A stretch of 64,000 nt of DNA from NCBI GenBank assembly GCA_965208615.1, contig CBDBPB010000004.1, positions 256,001 to 320,000 of the forward strand. Reading direction: 5' to 3'. The DNA is from Spirochaetota bacterium (GTDB taxonomy: Bacteria; Spirochaetota; UBA6919; CBDBPB01). The notes below the pieces were generated by a model. The model was not told where the DNA came from. It saw only the letters and a list, made by a program, of their open reading frames with translations, and made no database searches. The position numbers were made by a program, and so were the translations under genes. Shown here one piece after another: positions 9,320 through 19,925 of the stretch (position 1 is its first letter; each line of letters opens with the position of its first letter).

Positions 9320-10429
9320 GTGAAAGAACCTTGTTATGAGCATATTTACGTTAACAAAGAGGTGCTGGATAGTCGGCTAACTAAGGATATACTTAATAGA
9401 ACTAATCTTCCTTACAGTATAGTTAATTCATCTGAACTTATTGAGAAAGACATACATAGAACTTATGATCCTGTTGCTGAGGGAAAAAAGTATATTTATT
9501 TGACTAAGAACAAGGGTAGGTTTATAAAAAAGTGTCCTGGTACTAGTGGATTTATTTGTTGTAATTATTATGTTATTGATCTTGTTGAGAATTGTCCGTT
9601 TGAGTGTAGTTATTGTTTTTTACAGAGCTATCTCAATAAGAGGATGATTAGGGTATACGTTAATATTGACGATCTTTTTCATGAGTTGGACATACTCTTA
9701 GCCGATAAGACTAAGTTTTATCGTATTGGTACTGGTGAGCTATCAGACTCGCTGGCTTTGGATTATATAACTAATTTTTCTAGTTTACTTATAGATTATT
9801 TTAACAAAAAAACTAACGCTATCCTTGAATTAAAAACAAAGTCTAACTTTATTGACAGGCTTATAAAAATTAAGTTAGAAAATAGAGTAGTTATTTCTTG
9901 GTCATTAAATCCTAATAGAATTATAGAGTCCGACGAACATAAGACTGCTTCATTATCTGAGAGGATTAACTCTGCTTATCGCTGTCAGGAACACGGATAT
10001 TTATTGGCATTCCATTTTGATCCCATTGTTTATTATGACAATTGCTTAGAGGATTATTCCAATTTAATTAATATGCTATTTTCTAAGGTTAATCCAGAAA
10101 GAATTAGTTGGATTAGTCTTGGTGGATTTAGGTATAACCTACCTTTGGATAAGATTATTGATTATCGTTTTCCAGATAGTAATATAATATATAATGAGTT
10201 TTTTAAGTGTTCAGATGGTAAGATGAGGTATTTTATTAGAGTTAGAGAAAACATATATAAAAATATGATTTATATGCTAAAGGCAAAAGACCATAACTTA
10301 CACATTTATTTATGTATGGAGGCTAAATATATGTGGAAAAAAATATATGGTTATCCGCCAAAAAGTGATAATAACCTAGACAACCTATTTAAGCAAAGGT
10401 TAGATTATATTTCCTTATTAACGTTATAG
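9320..10429 (+). CDS. Spore photoproduct lyase-like radical SAM protein
   Basis: CxxxCxxC motif NCPFECSYCFLQ, plus RIGTGELSDSL, LELKTKS, ISWSLNP, FHFDPI, YLCME typical of SplB-like proteins. Confidence 0.85.
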   Translation: MKEPCYEHIYVNKEVLDSRLTKDILNRTNLPYSIVNSSELIEKDIHRTYDPVAEGKKYIYLTKNKGRFIKKCPGTSGFICCNYYVIDLVENCPFECSYCFLQSYLNKRMIRVYVNIDDLFHELDILLADKTKFYRIGTGELSDSLALDYITNFSSLLIDYFNKKTNAILELKTKSNFIDRLIKIKLENRVVISWSLNPNRIIESDEHKTASLSERINSAYRCQEHGYLLAFHFDPIVYYDNCLEDYSNLINMLFSKVNPERISWISLGGFRYNLPLDKIIDYRFPDSNIIYNEFFKCSDGKMRYFIRVRENIYKNMIYMLKAKDHNLHIYLCMEAKYMWKKIYGYPPKSDNNLDNLFKQRLDYISLLTL

Positions 10430-10523
10430 ACGAAGTAATATTAAATTTTATTAGTTTAGTTTGACAATAAAGAGATTATTTATATTTTTATCTTATTATA
10501 TTTTATAGTTGTTAGATTAGTTA

Positions 10524-12131
10524 ATGTTTTGGAGTTTTTTAATGCTAAGTACAAAAGAATTTGCTAAGAATAAATTATTTAGGGGTGTAGCTTATGCCAT
10601 TGTAATAGGTTTTGCCCTTTTGATGTTTTTACCTGGTAGTTATAATCTTTTTGACGTTATCAGAGGAGGCGGAGGACAAAACTTTATTACTGTAAACGGT
10701 AATGAGATATTTTATACTGCTGGTCAAAATAATAATTTAGCCAATATATTTCAGGATTGGCTAAGTAGAGGAACTCAGGCAAAAGGAGTTAAGGCATTTA
10801 CTCTTAACAATGCATTAAATAGTTGGAAAAATCCAGTTGATTATTTATCTATATATTTACGTAATGCAATTGTTCAGCAGATGCAAAACGAGTTAGCTGA
10901 GGACTTAGATATAGACATATCCAAAGAGAAGCTTAGACATTATATGTTCTTAGTATATAAAAGGGAAAAAGAAAGGCATTTTAATGATCCTCAAAATAAA
11001 AATACTCCTTTTCCTGAGCTAAACTCCTTTAGAAGGAACTACGGTAAAAACTTACCAAAACAGTATAAAGTTCAAGCGATAACTAATACTTTGCAAAACG
11101 GTATTTTATTTAGTGTACCAAAGTTAGTTGAGGACTATAATACACAAAATCATGAGGTAAAGGTAGATTTTGCTGTATATACCTTTGATAATTACATAAA
11201 AGATCCTAATGTATTTTCTAAGCTTAAAAAAGCCGACTTAGAAAAGTATTATCACGAGAAAATTGAAAAGATGACAATTTTGGAAGCCGTATTTAAAACC
11301 AAAGAAGAGGCTGTTCAGGCCAAGAGTGATAAAGACTTTTTTATACAAAAGAAAGATAAGTTTACCGAAAAGACTATTAGAACAAATGATAAGCTTTTTA
11401 AAGAACTTAAAAGCTATAAGGATGGTGATATTATATCCAAGGACAAAGAGCATTATCTTTATAAAATTAAGAGCATGGATAAGCCTTTTGACAAGCTAAA
11501 AGAGGGTTCTTCTGAATATAAAAGCGTACTAACTAAATATGCAAGTGATCATTATAACGATTTTAAGTTGGATTATGAAAAAAAAGCAAAGACTATATTA
11601 AATGCCTTTTTGACTAAGGCAAAAAGTGGAGCAGTATTTAGCTCTATTTCAAAAGATAAATACTTAAAAACTGGTAGAACTGACTATTTTAAACTTGATG
11701 CCAATAGTGTTAGCTCAGAAAAGAAAGCTAATAGTAAAGGATTACCTGATAACATTGATGAGTTTATTTATAGTAAATTAAAATATTACGATGAGGATAA
11801 AGAGATAAACGAGGCTTTTTTTACTACTTCGTTCTATTTAAAAAAAGGTGACATAAGTTCTATAAAGTCCTATGTTATGAAGAATAAGGACGTTTACTTT
11901 GTAATAAAGAAGGTGAGTGAACGTTTAGGGGATTCTAAATCCATTTTATCTGATACTAAAAAGCAAAGTGAACTTGTTAATAATACAAAAAATGACTATC
12001 AAAGAATTATTAACAAGCTTTGGGGTGATTATCTTATATCTAAGTACCCTGTTAAGATATATACCTCAAATATATATGCACTTTTTAACATTGAGGAGCC
12101 TAAATTACCTGCTAAACAAGAGGATAAATGA
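10524..12131 (+). CDS. Membrane-anchored PpiD/SurA N-terminal-domain-like chaperone
   Basis: N-terminal TM helix, then ITVNGNEI and ELAEDLDIDISKE resembling SurA_N. Degenerate parvulin-like region near the C-terminus. Confidence 0.55.
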   Translation: MFWSFLMLSTKEFAKNKLFRGVAYAIVIGFALLMFLPGSYNLFDVIRGGGGQNFITVNGNEIFYTAGQNNNLANIFQDWLSRGTQAKGVKAFTLNNALNSWKNPVDYLSIYLRNAIVQQMQNELAEDLDIDISKEKLRHYMFLVYKREKERHFNDPQNKNTPFPELNSFRRNYGKNLPKQYKVQAITNTLQNGILFSVPKLVEDYNTQNHEVKVDFAVYTFDNYIKDPNVFSKLKKADLEKYYHEKIEKMTILEAVFKTKEEAVQAKSDKDFFIQKKDKFTEKTIRTNDKLFKELKSYKDGDIISKDKEHYLYKIKSMDKPFDKLKEGSSEYKSVLTKYASDHYNDFKLDYEKKAKTILNAFLTKAKSGAVFSSISKDKYLKTGRTDYFKLDANSVSSEKKANSKGLPDNIDEFIYSKLKYYDEDKEINEAFFTTSFYLKKGDISSIKSYVMKNKDVYFVIKKVSERLGDSKSILSDTKKQSELVNNTKNDYQRIINKLWGDYLISKYPVKIYTSNIYALFNIEEPKLPAKQEDK

Positions 12132-12144
12132 ACTAATTTAAGAT

Positions 12145-12756
12145 ATGATAAATAAGCGACTTTGTACTACAGCTATTTTAGCTATTTCTATAGTATTTTT
12201 TTCTTCTAAGGCATTTACTAGTGTTGTTGATGTCAGCATAAATTGGGGAGCTAAAATAGGTTATGGTTTTGCTAGTGCCTTTGTAAGAAACCATAATTCT
12301 GTATCGCCTAACTTTTTTGGTAATAGTTTTGTTAGTGGAGGACTGTTCATACATTTTTCTCACGTTGAATATGTTAGATTACAATTTGAGATTTTATATA
12401 TTAGAAGGGGGTTTAAGCGTTCTGGTTATATAGCTAAGCTTGAGGGATTATCTTTTCCTTTGCTTGTTAGGTTCCAAATACCTTATGGTATTTATTTTAA
12501 CTCTGGCTTTGGCATAGGCTATACCTTCAAAGGAGAGGTTAATGACGCTAATAGCACTTCTAATAACATAGATGACTACTTTGAAACCCTTGAATATGAT
12601 CTCATTGCAGGAATGGGATGGCAGTTTAATATTTATAGAGAGCATAAACTCTTTATAGAGGCAAGGTTTATATATTCCTTGAATAACATTAGTATAAGGG
12701 ATCCTGAGTCAGTAAATAATTATGCTCTTCATTTTTATTTTGGTTTTCAGTATTAA
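12145..12756 (+). CDS. Outer-membrane beta-barrel protein (PorT/OMP_b-brl-like)
   Basis: Signal peptide, alternating beta-strand pattern (LQFEILYIRRG, LFIEARFIYSL), aromatic C-terminus FYFGFQY. Confidence 0.75.
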   Translation: MINKRLCTTAILAISIVFFSSKAFTSVVDVSINWGAKIGYGFASAFVRNHNSVSPNFFGNSFVSGGLFIHFSHVEYVRLQFEILYIRRGFKRSGYIAKLEGLSFPLLVRFQIPYGIYFNSGFGIGYTFKGEVNDANSTSNNIDDYFETLEYDLIAGMGWQFNIYREHKLFIEARFIYSLNNISIRDPESVNNYALHFYFGFQY

Positions 12757-12759
12757 ATG

Positions 12760-13737
12760 TTATTCAGCAAATAGACTTTTATTTACTAGGTTTGGGGGTC
12801 TTTCACCCCTAAGGCCCAATACAATATTATTAGCTAACATTAATGACATCTTATTCCTTGTCTCAATACTGGCACTAGCAATATGAGGGAGTACAACAAC
12901 ATTATTTAGGTTAATTAGTCCTTCTGTAATTTTAGGCTCTTTTTCAAATACGTCAAGTCCAGCACCCCATATTACTTTTTCTTTTAGGGCAGTATAAAGG
13001 TCATGTTCGTTTACAACAGTACCCCTTGCTGTATTTATCAAAATAGCGTTAGACTTCATAAGTGAAAGCTCTTTTTTGGCTATTATATGGTGAGTCTCTT
13101 TGGTATTAGGCACATGTAGGGATATAAAGTCTGACTCTCTTAATAAAGTGTTTTTATCGACATAAGTTGCATTATACTTATTTTCAATTTCTCTACTAAG
13201 ACGCTGTCTGTTATGGTATATTATATTCATATTAAATCCACCAGCTTTTTTCGCAAAAGAACGACCTATATTACCCATGCCTATTATCCCAAGGGTTTTG
13301 TTAGTTAGATCAAGCCCTAAAAACATATTAACTTCCCATCCTGTAGTCCATTTTCTTTCTCTAACGAATTTATCTGCCTCTATAAGCCTCCTGGATACAC
13401 TTAGCATCAACGCAAAAGCCAGTTCTGAAGTGGTATTATCTAATACACCAGGTGTATTAGTCACCATAACTTTATTATTAGTCGCAGAACTAATATCAAT
13501 ATTATCATATCCAACACCAAAGTTGGATACTATTTTTAAATTAGTATTATGAAAGACCCTTTCGCCAATTCTATCGCTTAACAAACAGGCTAAGCCATCA
13601 CAATCTTTAGCCCTTTTTATAATTTCATCCTCAGTTAGCTTATGATCCCTTTCATTAAGAAATACATTACAATGCTTGTTTAGATAGTCCAAGCCTGGCT
13701 TTGGTATTGTTCGTGTTAATAATACTTTTGCTTTCAT
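12760..13737 (-). CDS. D-glycerate dehydrogenase / glyoxylate reductase (D-2-hydroxyacid dehydrogenase family)
   Basis: Motifs GVGYDNID, TNTPGVL, GIIGMGNIG, INTARG, AGLDVFEKEP, LPHIASA. Confidence 0.9.
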   Translation of the reverse strand: MKAKVLLTRTIPKPGLDYLNKHCNVFLNERDHKLTEDEIIKRAKDCDGLACLLSDRIGERVFHNTNLKIVSNFGVGYDNIDISSATNNKVMVTNTPGVLDNTTSELAFALMLSVSRRLIEADKFVRERKWTTGWEVNMFLGLDLTNKTLGIIGMGNIGRSFAKKAGGFNMNIIYHNRQRLSREIENKYNATYVDKNTLLRESDFISLHVPNTKETHHIIAKKELSLMKSNAILINTARGTVVNEHDLYTALKEKVIWGAGLDVFEKEPKITEGLINLNNVVVLPHIASASIETRNKMSLMLANNIVLGLRGERPPNLVNKSLFAE

Positions 13738-13793
13738 TAGGCTGTCCCCTAAAAAATAGTTATTTTAGACATTTATAGGGTCTATTTTTAGAT

Positions 13794-15017
13794 TTACACA
13801 TCCATAGGCCTTATAATATCGTTAATAGTCTCTCTCTTTCTGATTAGACGATGACCATTATTACTAATTAATACTTCTGCAGGCCTTGGACGACTATTAT
13901 AATTAGACGACATACTAAATCCATAGGCCCCGGTATTGAGTATGGCTAGAATATCACCCTCTTTGACCTTTGAAATGGGGCGATCCTCAAAACCATTTTC
14001 GCTCTGAGTGAATATATCCCCGCTTTCACACAGATTACCAGTAACACAAATACGCTCTATCTCACTAGACGACGAAGATAAATTAATAATCTCATGATAA
14101 CTACCATAAGCCATAGGCCTCATAAGATGATGAAAGCCAGAATCTGTTCCAGCAAACCTATGAGAAGGCGTCTCTTTTAAATTGTTAACCGTAATCAATA
14201 AAATACCAGATTCAGCAACTAAAAACCGTCCAGGCTCTAAATAGAGGCTTAAATCTTTACCATAGTCCCTGCAGAACTTAACAAACCTATCACTAACCCT
14301 ACTACCAAAGTCAGCCATATTTAGCTCTTTATCACTAGAACTATATGGAATACCTAAACCACCACCAAAATCTATAAATTCAAGGTTATCAAAGTGCTTA
14401 GCCACATTTAGGGTAACATCAATAGCTTTAATAAACTCATCCACCTCTAAAATACCAGACCCTATATGAGAATGAACTCCAGTTATATTAATGCCATACT
14501 TTTTAGCAAGGGACTTTATATTGCCAACCCTATCAAAGTATATGCCAAACTTACTATTAGGCCCTCCAGTAATGGTATGGCTATGATGACCAGCTCCACA
14601 ATCAGGATTAATTCTGATAGATATACTTGAATTAGGATTTATCCTTGCATAACGCTCAATCTGAGATAAAGACCCTAAGTTTAATTGTATACCCCTATCT
14701 ATACAAAAGATCATTTCTTCATCTGTAACGTTATCACCGGTATACAATATCTCATCGCTGTTAAAACCAGCCCTAAAACCTATCTCAAGCTCGCCAGGAG
14801 ACATAGCATCAAGCCATGCACCCTCTTCTTTAAGTATTTTCATAATGGCTATATTACTGTTTGCCTTGCACGCATATAGTATTTGCTTATTTGGATAGAC
14901 AATATGCTCCTTTAGCTTTTTAATTTGCTCTCTAATCTTGTTTTCGTCATAAACGTAAAGTGGAGAGCCAAACTCCTTAATAAGCCTATCAGCATTAATT
15001 AAATCTAAATTACTCAT
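13794..15017 (-). CDS. lysA: Diaminopimelate decarboxylase
   Basis: Motifs FGSPLYVYD, YACKAN (PLP lysine), SKFG, HSHIGS, DFGGG, EPGR, GNLCESGD, GAYGFSMSSNYNSRPRPAEV. Confidence 0.95.
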   Translation of the reverse strand: MSNLDLINADRLIKEFGSPLYVYDENKIREQIKKLKEHIVYPNKQILYACKANSNIAIMKILKEEGAWLDAMSPGELEIGFRAGFNSDEILYTGDNVTDEEMIFCIDRGIQLNLGSLSQIERYARINPNSSISIRINPDCGAGHHSHTITGGPNSKFGIYFDRVGNIKSLAKKYGINITGVHSHIGSGILEVDEFIKAIDVTLNVAKHFDNLEFIDFGGGLGIPYSSSDKELNMADFGSRVSDRFVKFCRDYGKDLSLYLEPGRFLVAESGILLITVNNLKETPSHRFAGTDSGFHHLMRPMAYGSYHEIINLSSSSSEIERICVTGNLCESGDIFTQSENGFEDRPISKVKEGDILAILNTGAYGFSMSSNYNSRPRPAEVLISNNGHRLIRKRETINDIIRPMDV

Positions 15018-15097
15018 TAATAAAATCCTTTAACTTTTTAAATATAAAATATACGAGGAAAGTTCTAATAGCAAGCAATAAAGCTAACTAAATAATA

Positions 15098-15568
15098 TTA
15101 ATTATCTGTTTCCACCAATAGTAAGCCAGAAAACTTCTGAACTACTTTCTTAGTCTTATCAGGTAATTGCTTTTCTGAAGATTCATCTACGGATACCTTT
15201 TCTGTGACATCTACTACACTTTTAGGAGTACTATTTTTTAGTTTAATTATTTCTTGTTCCCACTCATCAATCTTCTGTTCAATTTGTTTAACATCATTTT
15301 CTGTAATGACTTTATTGTTATGGGTATTTATATAGTCCAAAATAAATAAGATTAAGTCAGCTATCACATTAGTCTTTGCAGCGTTATTATCAACATAATA
15401 GTTAGTTAAAACTTGTGAAATCTTCTTAAAATAAGGTATAAGACTGTTTAAATTACCTAAATTAACTTTTAACTTAGCTAATTCAATATTCTGCTGAACT
15501 AACTTATTCTGTAGCTCGTTGATTAACCCGTTTTGTTCCAAGACATAATTCTTATGTAAAGAAAACAT
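15098..15568 (-). CDS. Hypothetical coiled-coil protein
   Basis: 156-aa ORF with a GGGGA RBS and heptad-rich helices; no family recognised. Confidence 0.6.
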   Translation of the reverse strand: MFSLHKNYVLEQNGLINELQNKLVQQNIELAKLKVNLGNLNSLIPYFKKISQVLTNYYVDNNAAKTNVIADLILFILDYINTHNNKVITENDVKQIEQKIDEWEQEIIKLKNSTPKSVVDVTEKVSVDESSEKQLPDKTKKVVQKFSGLLLVETDN

Positions 15569-15668
15569 TATATTATCCCCTAAAATATATTATAATAATA
15601 ACTAATTATACCGGCTTTTAAAGCCTCAAACACCTTGTTATAGCTTAATCCAAAATATAAGAGTTTAT

Positions 15669-16919
15669 CTATGACCTAATCTGACCATCACCCATAACAA
15701 TAAACTTCTTTGTAGTAAGCTCTTTAAGCCCCATAGGACCCCTTGCATGAAGTTTGTTAGTACTTATCCCAATTTCAGCACCCATACCAAACATCTGTCC
15801 ATCAGTGAACCTTGTTGAAGCATTAACATAAACAGCTGATGAGTCCACCTCATTCAAAAACCGCCTGCCCAATGAAAAACTATTAGTAATAATAGCATCA
15901 GAATGATGGGAGCCATAATGATCTATAAAAAATACGGCTTCATCATAAGAGTCAACGATCTTCATAGACAAAATAAGGTCTAAATACTCAGTAAAATAAT
16001 CTTTCTCATTAGCCTTTTTCACTTTATCATTAATAGAACAACTATTATCACATCCCCTAAGCTCAACTCCATTAGCCAATAAACCCTCAAGCAAGTCCTC
16101 TATATAAGGGTAGTCCTTGTGGATAACTAAATTCTCTATAGCATTACATACACCAGGACGTTGAACCTTAGCATTAACACTAATACTCTGAGCCATGTTT
16201 TTATCAGCATCCTTGTGTATATATAAATTACAAACTCCCTTGTCATGCTTTATGACAGGTATATTAGAATGCTCAACCACCATGTTAATAAGTCCCTCTC
16301 CGCCTCTTGGGATAATTAAATCAATATACTCCTTTAATTTTAGCATATCCATAACCGCAGAGCGATCAGTAGTGTCAATAAAGCTAATAGCACTCTCAGG
16401 CAGGCCACTTTTAGTTAATGCCATGTTTATAACCTTAACCAATGCCCTGTTAGAGTTAATACTCTCACTCCCACCCCTTAATACGGTAACATTAGACGTC
16501 TTTAAACATAAAGAACTTGCCTCAGTAGTAACATTTGGCCTAGACTCATAAATAATCCCTATAACTCCAATAGGCACTCTCATTTGCCCTATGTCCAGCC
16601 CATTAGGACGCCTATACTGATTAACCACCTCAAAAACAGGATCACTAAGAATAGCTACCTCATTAAGGCTCTCACATATATTATTAATTCTTTTATCATC
16701 CAGCTTAAGCCTGTCAATCATAGCATTAGATAAGCCTTTCTCATTTGCACTATCAATATCCTTTTTGTTTTCAGCTATGATCCAGTCTTTTTCTTGATTA
16801 ACTAGGTTAGCCATATTTCTTAAGGCATTATTTTTGTCATCCGTAGATAAACAGGATATAATTTGTTTTACGTCTTTAGCCTTTCTACAAATATCCCTAA
16901 CATAATCAGTAGTACTCAT
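15669..16919 (-). CDS. proA: Gamma-glutamyl phosphate reductase
   Basis: Motifs PIGVIGIIYESRPNVT, LRGGSE, IPRGG, RPGVCNAIE, VNASTRFTDG, EIGISTNKLHARGPMGL. Confidence 0.97.
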   Translation of the reverse strand: MSTTDYVRDICRKAKDVKQIISCLSTDDKNNALRNMANLVNQEKDWIIAENKKDIDSANEKGLSNAMIDRLKLDDKRINNICESLNEVAILSDPVFEVVNQYRRPNGLDIGQMRVPIGVIGIIYESRPNVTTEASSLCLKTSNVTVLRGGSESINSNRALVKVINMALTKSGLPESAISFIDTTDRSAVMDMLKLKEYIDLIIPRGGEGLINMVVEHSNIPVIKHDKGVCNLYIHKDADKNMAQSISVNAKVQRPGVCNAIENLVIHKDYPYIEDLLEGLLANGVELRGCDNSCSINDKVKKANEKDYFTEYLDLILSMKIVDSYDEAVFFIDHYGSHHSDAIITNSFSLGRRFLNEVDSSAVYVNASTRFTDGQMFGMGAEIGISTNKLHARGPMGLKELTTKKFIVMGDGQIRS

Positions 16920-16940
16920 AAACCTCTCCCCTTATATATA

Positions 16941-17870
16941 TTATGGAACATTCCATGAACTTATAAGCTTACCAGTTGATAAATTCCATATCTTAACGGT
17001 ATTATCTTGCGCACCTGAGTATATCCTATTACCGCTAACAGTAAGCGCCTCTAAACCCATGTTATGCCCTTCTAATGTGTTAATTAGTTTACCGTTTTTA
17101 ATGTTCCATATTTTTATATTATTATCCATGTGTCCACCGCCGGATACTATTCTACCCCTAATAACCTCCAAACAAGTTACCTCACCGGCATGAGCGGATA
17201 ATTTTCTTATAAGCTTAGCAGTTTTTAGACTCCATATACTAATGGTACCATCTGCTGAAGCGGATATTATCTTATTAGCATATCCCCTAACTGATAGGAC
17301 TCCCTTTTTACCAGCATTAATAGTTTTGATTAACTTACCAGTTTTTAGGCTCCACACTCTAATAGTATTATCCCAAGAGCCAGACAGAATAAATCCTTTA
17401 TATATACTAACAGACTCAACTCCATTAGTATGACCTTCTAGAGTCATAATATTCTTAGCAGAGTTAATATTCCAAACTTTTATCGTTTTATCCTTTGATC
17501 CTGATACTAAAATATTACCCTTAATAGCTAATGAACGTATCCAATGGGTATGTCCAGTTAATACCCCCTTATGATTACCAGTATTAAAGTCCCATATTCT
17601 TATTGTTTTGTCGTTAGAGGCGGATATAATACTATTACCATGAACAATAACTGACCAAACCTTGTCACTATGCCCTTTTAGAGTTTTAATGAGTTTTTTA
17701 TTCTTAAGATTCCATATTTTAATTGTACCATCCCACGAAGCACCAATAAGCCTAGCTTTTTTAACTGCAATACTCTCTATAATACTAGGTGCTAAGTGTA
17801 GCCCTTCTTGATTAGCAAAACTATTTAGACTAAATAATAATATTAAAAGTAATAATAATTGTCTATACAT
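16941..17870 (-). CDS. Secreted WD40-repeat beta-propeller protein
   Basis: Signal peptide followed by about 7 canonical GH...SGSxDxTIKIWN repeats. Confidence 0.9.
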   Translation of the reverse strand: MYRQLLLLLILLFSLNSFANQEGLHLAPSIIESIAVKKARLIGASWDGTIKIWNLKNKKLIKTLKGHSDKVWSVIVHGNSIISASNDKTIRIWDFNTGNHKGVLTGHTHWIRSLAIKGNILVSGSKDKTIKVWNINSAKNIMTLEGHTNGVESVSIYKGFILSGSWDNTIRVWSLKTGKLIKTINAGKKGVLSVRGYANKIISASADGTISIWSLKTAKLIRKLSAHAGEVTCLEVIRGRIVSGGGHMDNNIKIWNIKNGKLINTLEGHNMGLEALTVSGNRIYSGAQDNTVKIWNLSTGKLISSWNVP

Positions 17871-17882
17871 AAAAATCTCCCT

Positions 17883-17928
17883 ATTTACTAATTAATTTGT
17901 ATTTAATTTACTAATTAATTTGTATTTA
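17883..17928. repeat. 23-bp tandem duplication (ATTTACTAATTAATTTGTATTTA x2)
   Basis: Exact adjacent copies at 17883-17905 and 17906-17928; the second includes the LRR gene stop codon. Confidence 0.85.
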
Positions 17929-18522
17929 ATAATAAATACTGCATTTTGGTAATAGTTTTTTTAAGTTACTAATACCAAAATAAGTTGCTCTAGTGTTTTG
18001 AATATTTATTTCTTCCAGGTTATAAAGCTCTTGTAGATGGGTTAATCCATTATCTGTTATAGCAGTTCCCTCTAAAAATAATATTCTTAGACCTTTTAGC
18101 GGTTTTATATGGGCTAATCCATCATCAGTGGCCTTAGACCTACCTAAAAATAGTACCTCGAGACTAGAAAGACCTATAAGATAAGATAAACCCCTATTAC
18201 CAATTTGAGTATTCCTTAAAAACAGCATCCTAAGGTCTTTGTTATTACTAATATTTTTAAGCCCCTCATCAGTTATCATTGTACCACTAAGATCTAAAAG
18301 CTCTATACCATTAATACCGTTTAAATGTATTAATCCATTATCACTAATGAAGGTATCCACAAGATAAATCTCTTTAATAGTATTAATTGCCCTTATATAA
18401 ACTAAATCTTCATTTTTAACCTTAGTATTACGTAAGTCAATTTGCTTAATTTGTTCCAAATCCTCTAAGCTATAACTTATTCCAAGACCAGTTAACCAGT
18501 TCTTGACTGCATTTAAGTCCAA
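17926..18522 (-). CDS. Leucine-rich repeat protein (24-aa repeats)
   Basis: Repeated LxxLxLxGTxITDxGLxHL units. TTG start with an AGAGGG RBS. Confidence 0.9.
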   Translation of the reverse strand: MDLNAVKNWLTGLGISYSLEDLEQIKQIDLRNTKVKNEDLVYIRAINTIKEIYLVDTFISDNGLIHLNGINGIELLDLSGTMITDEGLKNISNNKDLRMLFLRNTQIGNRGLSYLIGLSSLEVLFLGRSKATDDGLAHIKPLKGLRILFLEGTAITDNGLTHLQELYNLEEINIQNTRATYFGISNLKKLLPKCSIYY

Positions 18523-18817
18523 TACAAAAACCCTCTTAAGCCAGATTTTTGTTAACTATATACTGTTTACTCAAAAAGTAATACTAACGTTTATTTTATA
18601 TAACCCCTATTAAAAATATATACTCTTATATATAAATGTGTAAAGCTATAAGTTTATTTAAAATAACTAAAGTACTTTTATTTAACTGATATTATGTTAA
18701 TAGTTTTGAGTTACTTATTTAGTTATAAATATCTCAAAGGGATAGGAAAAAAGCAAGAAAAATTAAATACAAATATATTTAATAAATTTCTCTTAAGACT
18801 TTTACTAAGTAGTCAAA

Positions 18818-19792
18818 CTATTCTTTTAACCACTTAGCAACTTGTTTAGCAAAGTAACTTAGTATAATATTCGCTCCTGCACGCTTTATAGCAGTCATAT
18901 TCTCTATAACCATACTTTTTTCGTCAATATAACCAAGTTTAGAGGCGGCTTTTATCATGGAGTATTCACCACTAACGTTGTATGCCGCAATAGGACAATT
19001 AAAGTTTTCTTTAATATCTCTAATAATATCCAAATATGCAAGGGCAGGCTTTATCATAAGCATATCAGCACCCTCTAATATATCCTCTTTTGCCTCTCTA
19101 AGCGCCTCTAACCTATTAGCAGGATCCATCTGATAACTTTTTCTATCGCCAAACATAGGGCTTGATTCTGCCGCATCCCTAAATGGACCATAATAAGCAG
19201 AGGCATACTTAATAGCATAGGATAAAATTGGTATATGTTGAAAATTATAGTTATCCAAAGCAGTTCTTATACTATTTACCATTCCATCCATCATCCCAGA
19301 GGGAGCTATAATATCAGCACCAGCCTCACAGTGGCTTATAGCCTGCTTATCCAATAAATTAATTGTACTATCATTATCCACAATACCATTTTTAATAGTA
19401 CCACAATGTCCATGATCAGTGTATTCACAAAAGCATAGGTCGGTAACCAGCAAAAGATCAGAACCAAACTCCTTTTTCAATTGTCTTAGAGTTCTTTGAA
19501 TAATACCGTTATCAGAACAGGCAATACTACCATCACTATTTTTAGAGTCTGGTATACCAAATAATATTATAGACTTAATCCCTAATCCAAGACAGTCATA
19601 GCAGTCCCTAATAATATTATCAATGGATTGCTGATATACCCCAGGCATAGACTGAACCTCTCTTTTTATACCATCACCACTAACCACAAATAAAGGATAT
19701 ATAAAATCCTCTATTCTAATATGTGTTTCTTTAGTAAGATCCCTAATAATAGGGTTTAAGCGAAGTCTCCTTAATCTGGTATTAGGGAACAT
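18818..19792 (-). CDS. hemB: Porphobilinogen synthase (Zn-type)
   Basis: Motifs RLRRLR, DLCFCEYTDHGHCG, APSGMMDG, YYGPFRDA, MIKPA, YNVSGEY. Start reassigned to ATG 19792, which has a GGAG RBS. Confidence 0.96.
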   Translation of the reverse strand: MFPNTRLRRLRLNPIIRDLTKETHIRIEDFIYPLFVVSGDGIKREVQSMPGVYQQSIDNIIRDCYDCLGLGIKSIILFGIPDSKNSDGSIACSDNGIIQRTLRQLKKEFGSDLLLVTDLCFCEYTDHGHCGTIKNGIVDNDSTINLLDKQAISHCEAGADIIAPSGMMDGMVNSIRTALDNYNFQHIPILSYAIKYASAYYGPFRDAAESSPMFGDRKSYQMDPANRLEALREAKEDILEGADMLMIKPALAYLDIIRDIKENFNCPIAAYNVSGEYSMIKAASKLGYIDEKSMVIENMTAIKRAGANIILSYFAKQVAKWLKE

Positions 19793-19925
19793 AATAACTC
19801 CTTTAAAATTGTTATTTATTGTCCTATTAAACATAAGAAAAAGCATTCAATTTAACTCTTTTAAAAAAGAGTTGTTAATAATCTATTTATTTCGTTATAA
19901 AAAAGAAATATAACGTTAAAACAGC

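Noticed and set aside
19854-19873. AACTCTTTT-AA-AAAAGAGTT palindrome upstream of hemB as an operator or terminator
   Set aside because: It is mostly A/T runs with a 2-nt loop and cannot be distinguished from chance in this AT-rich background.
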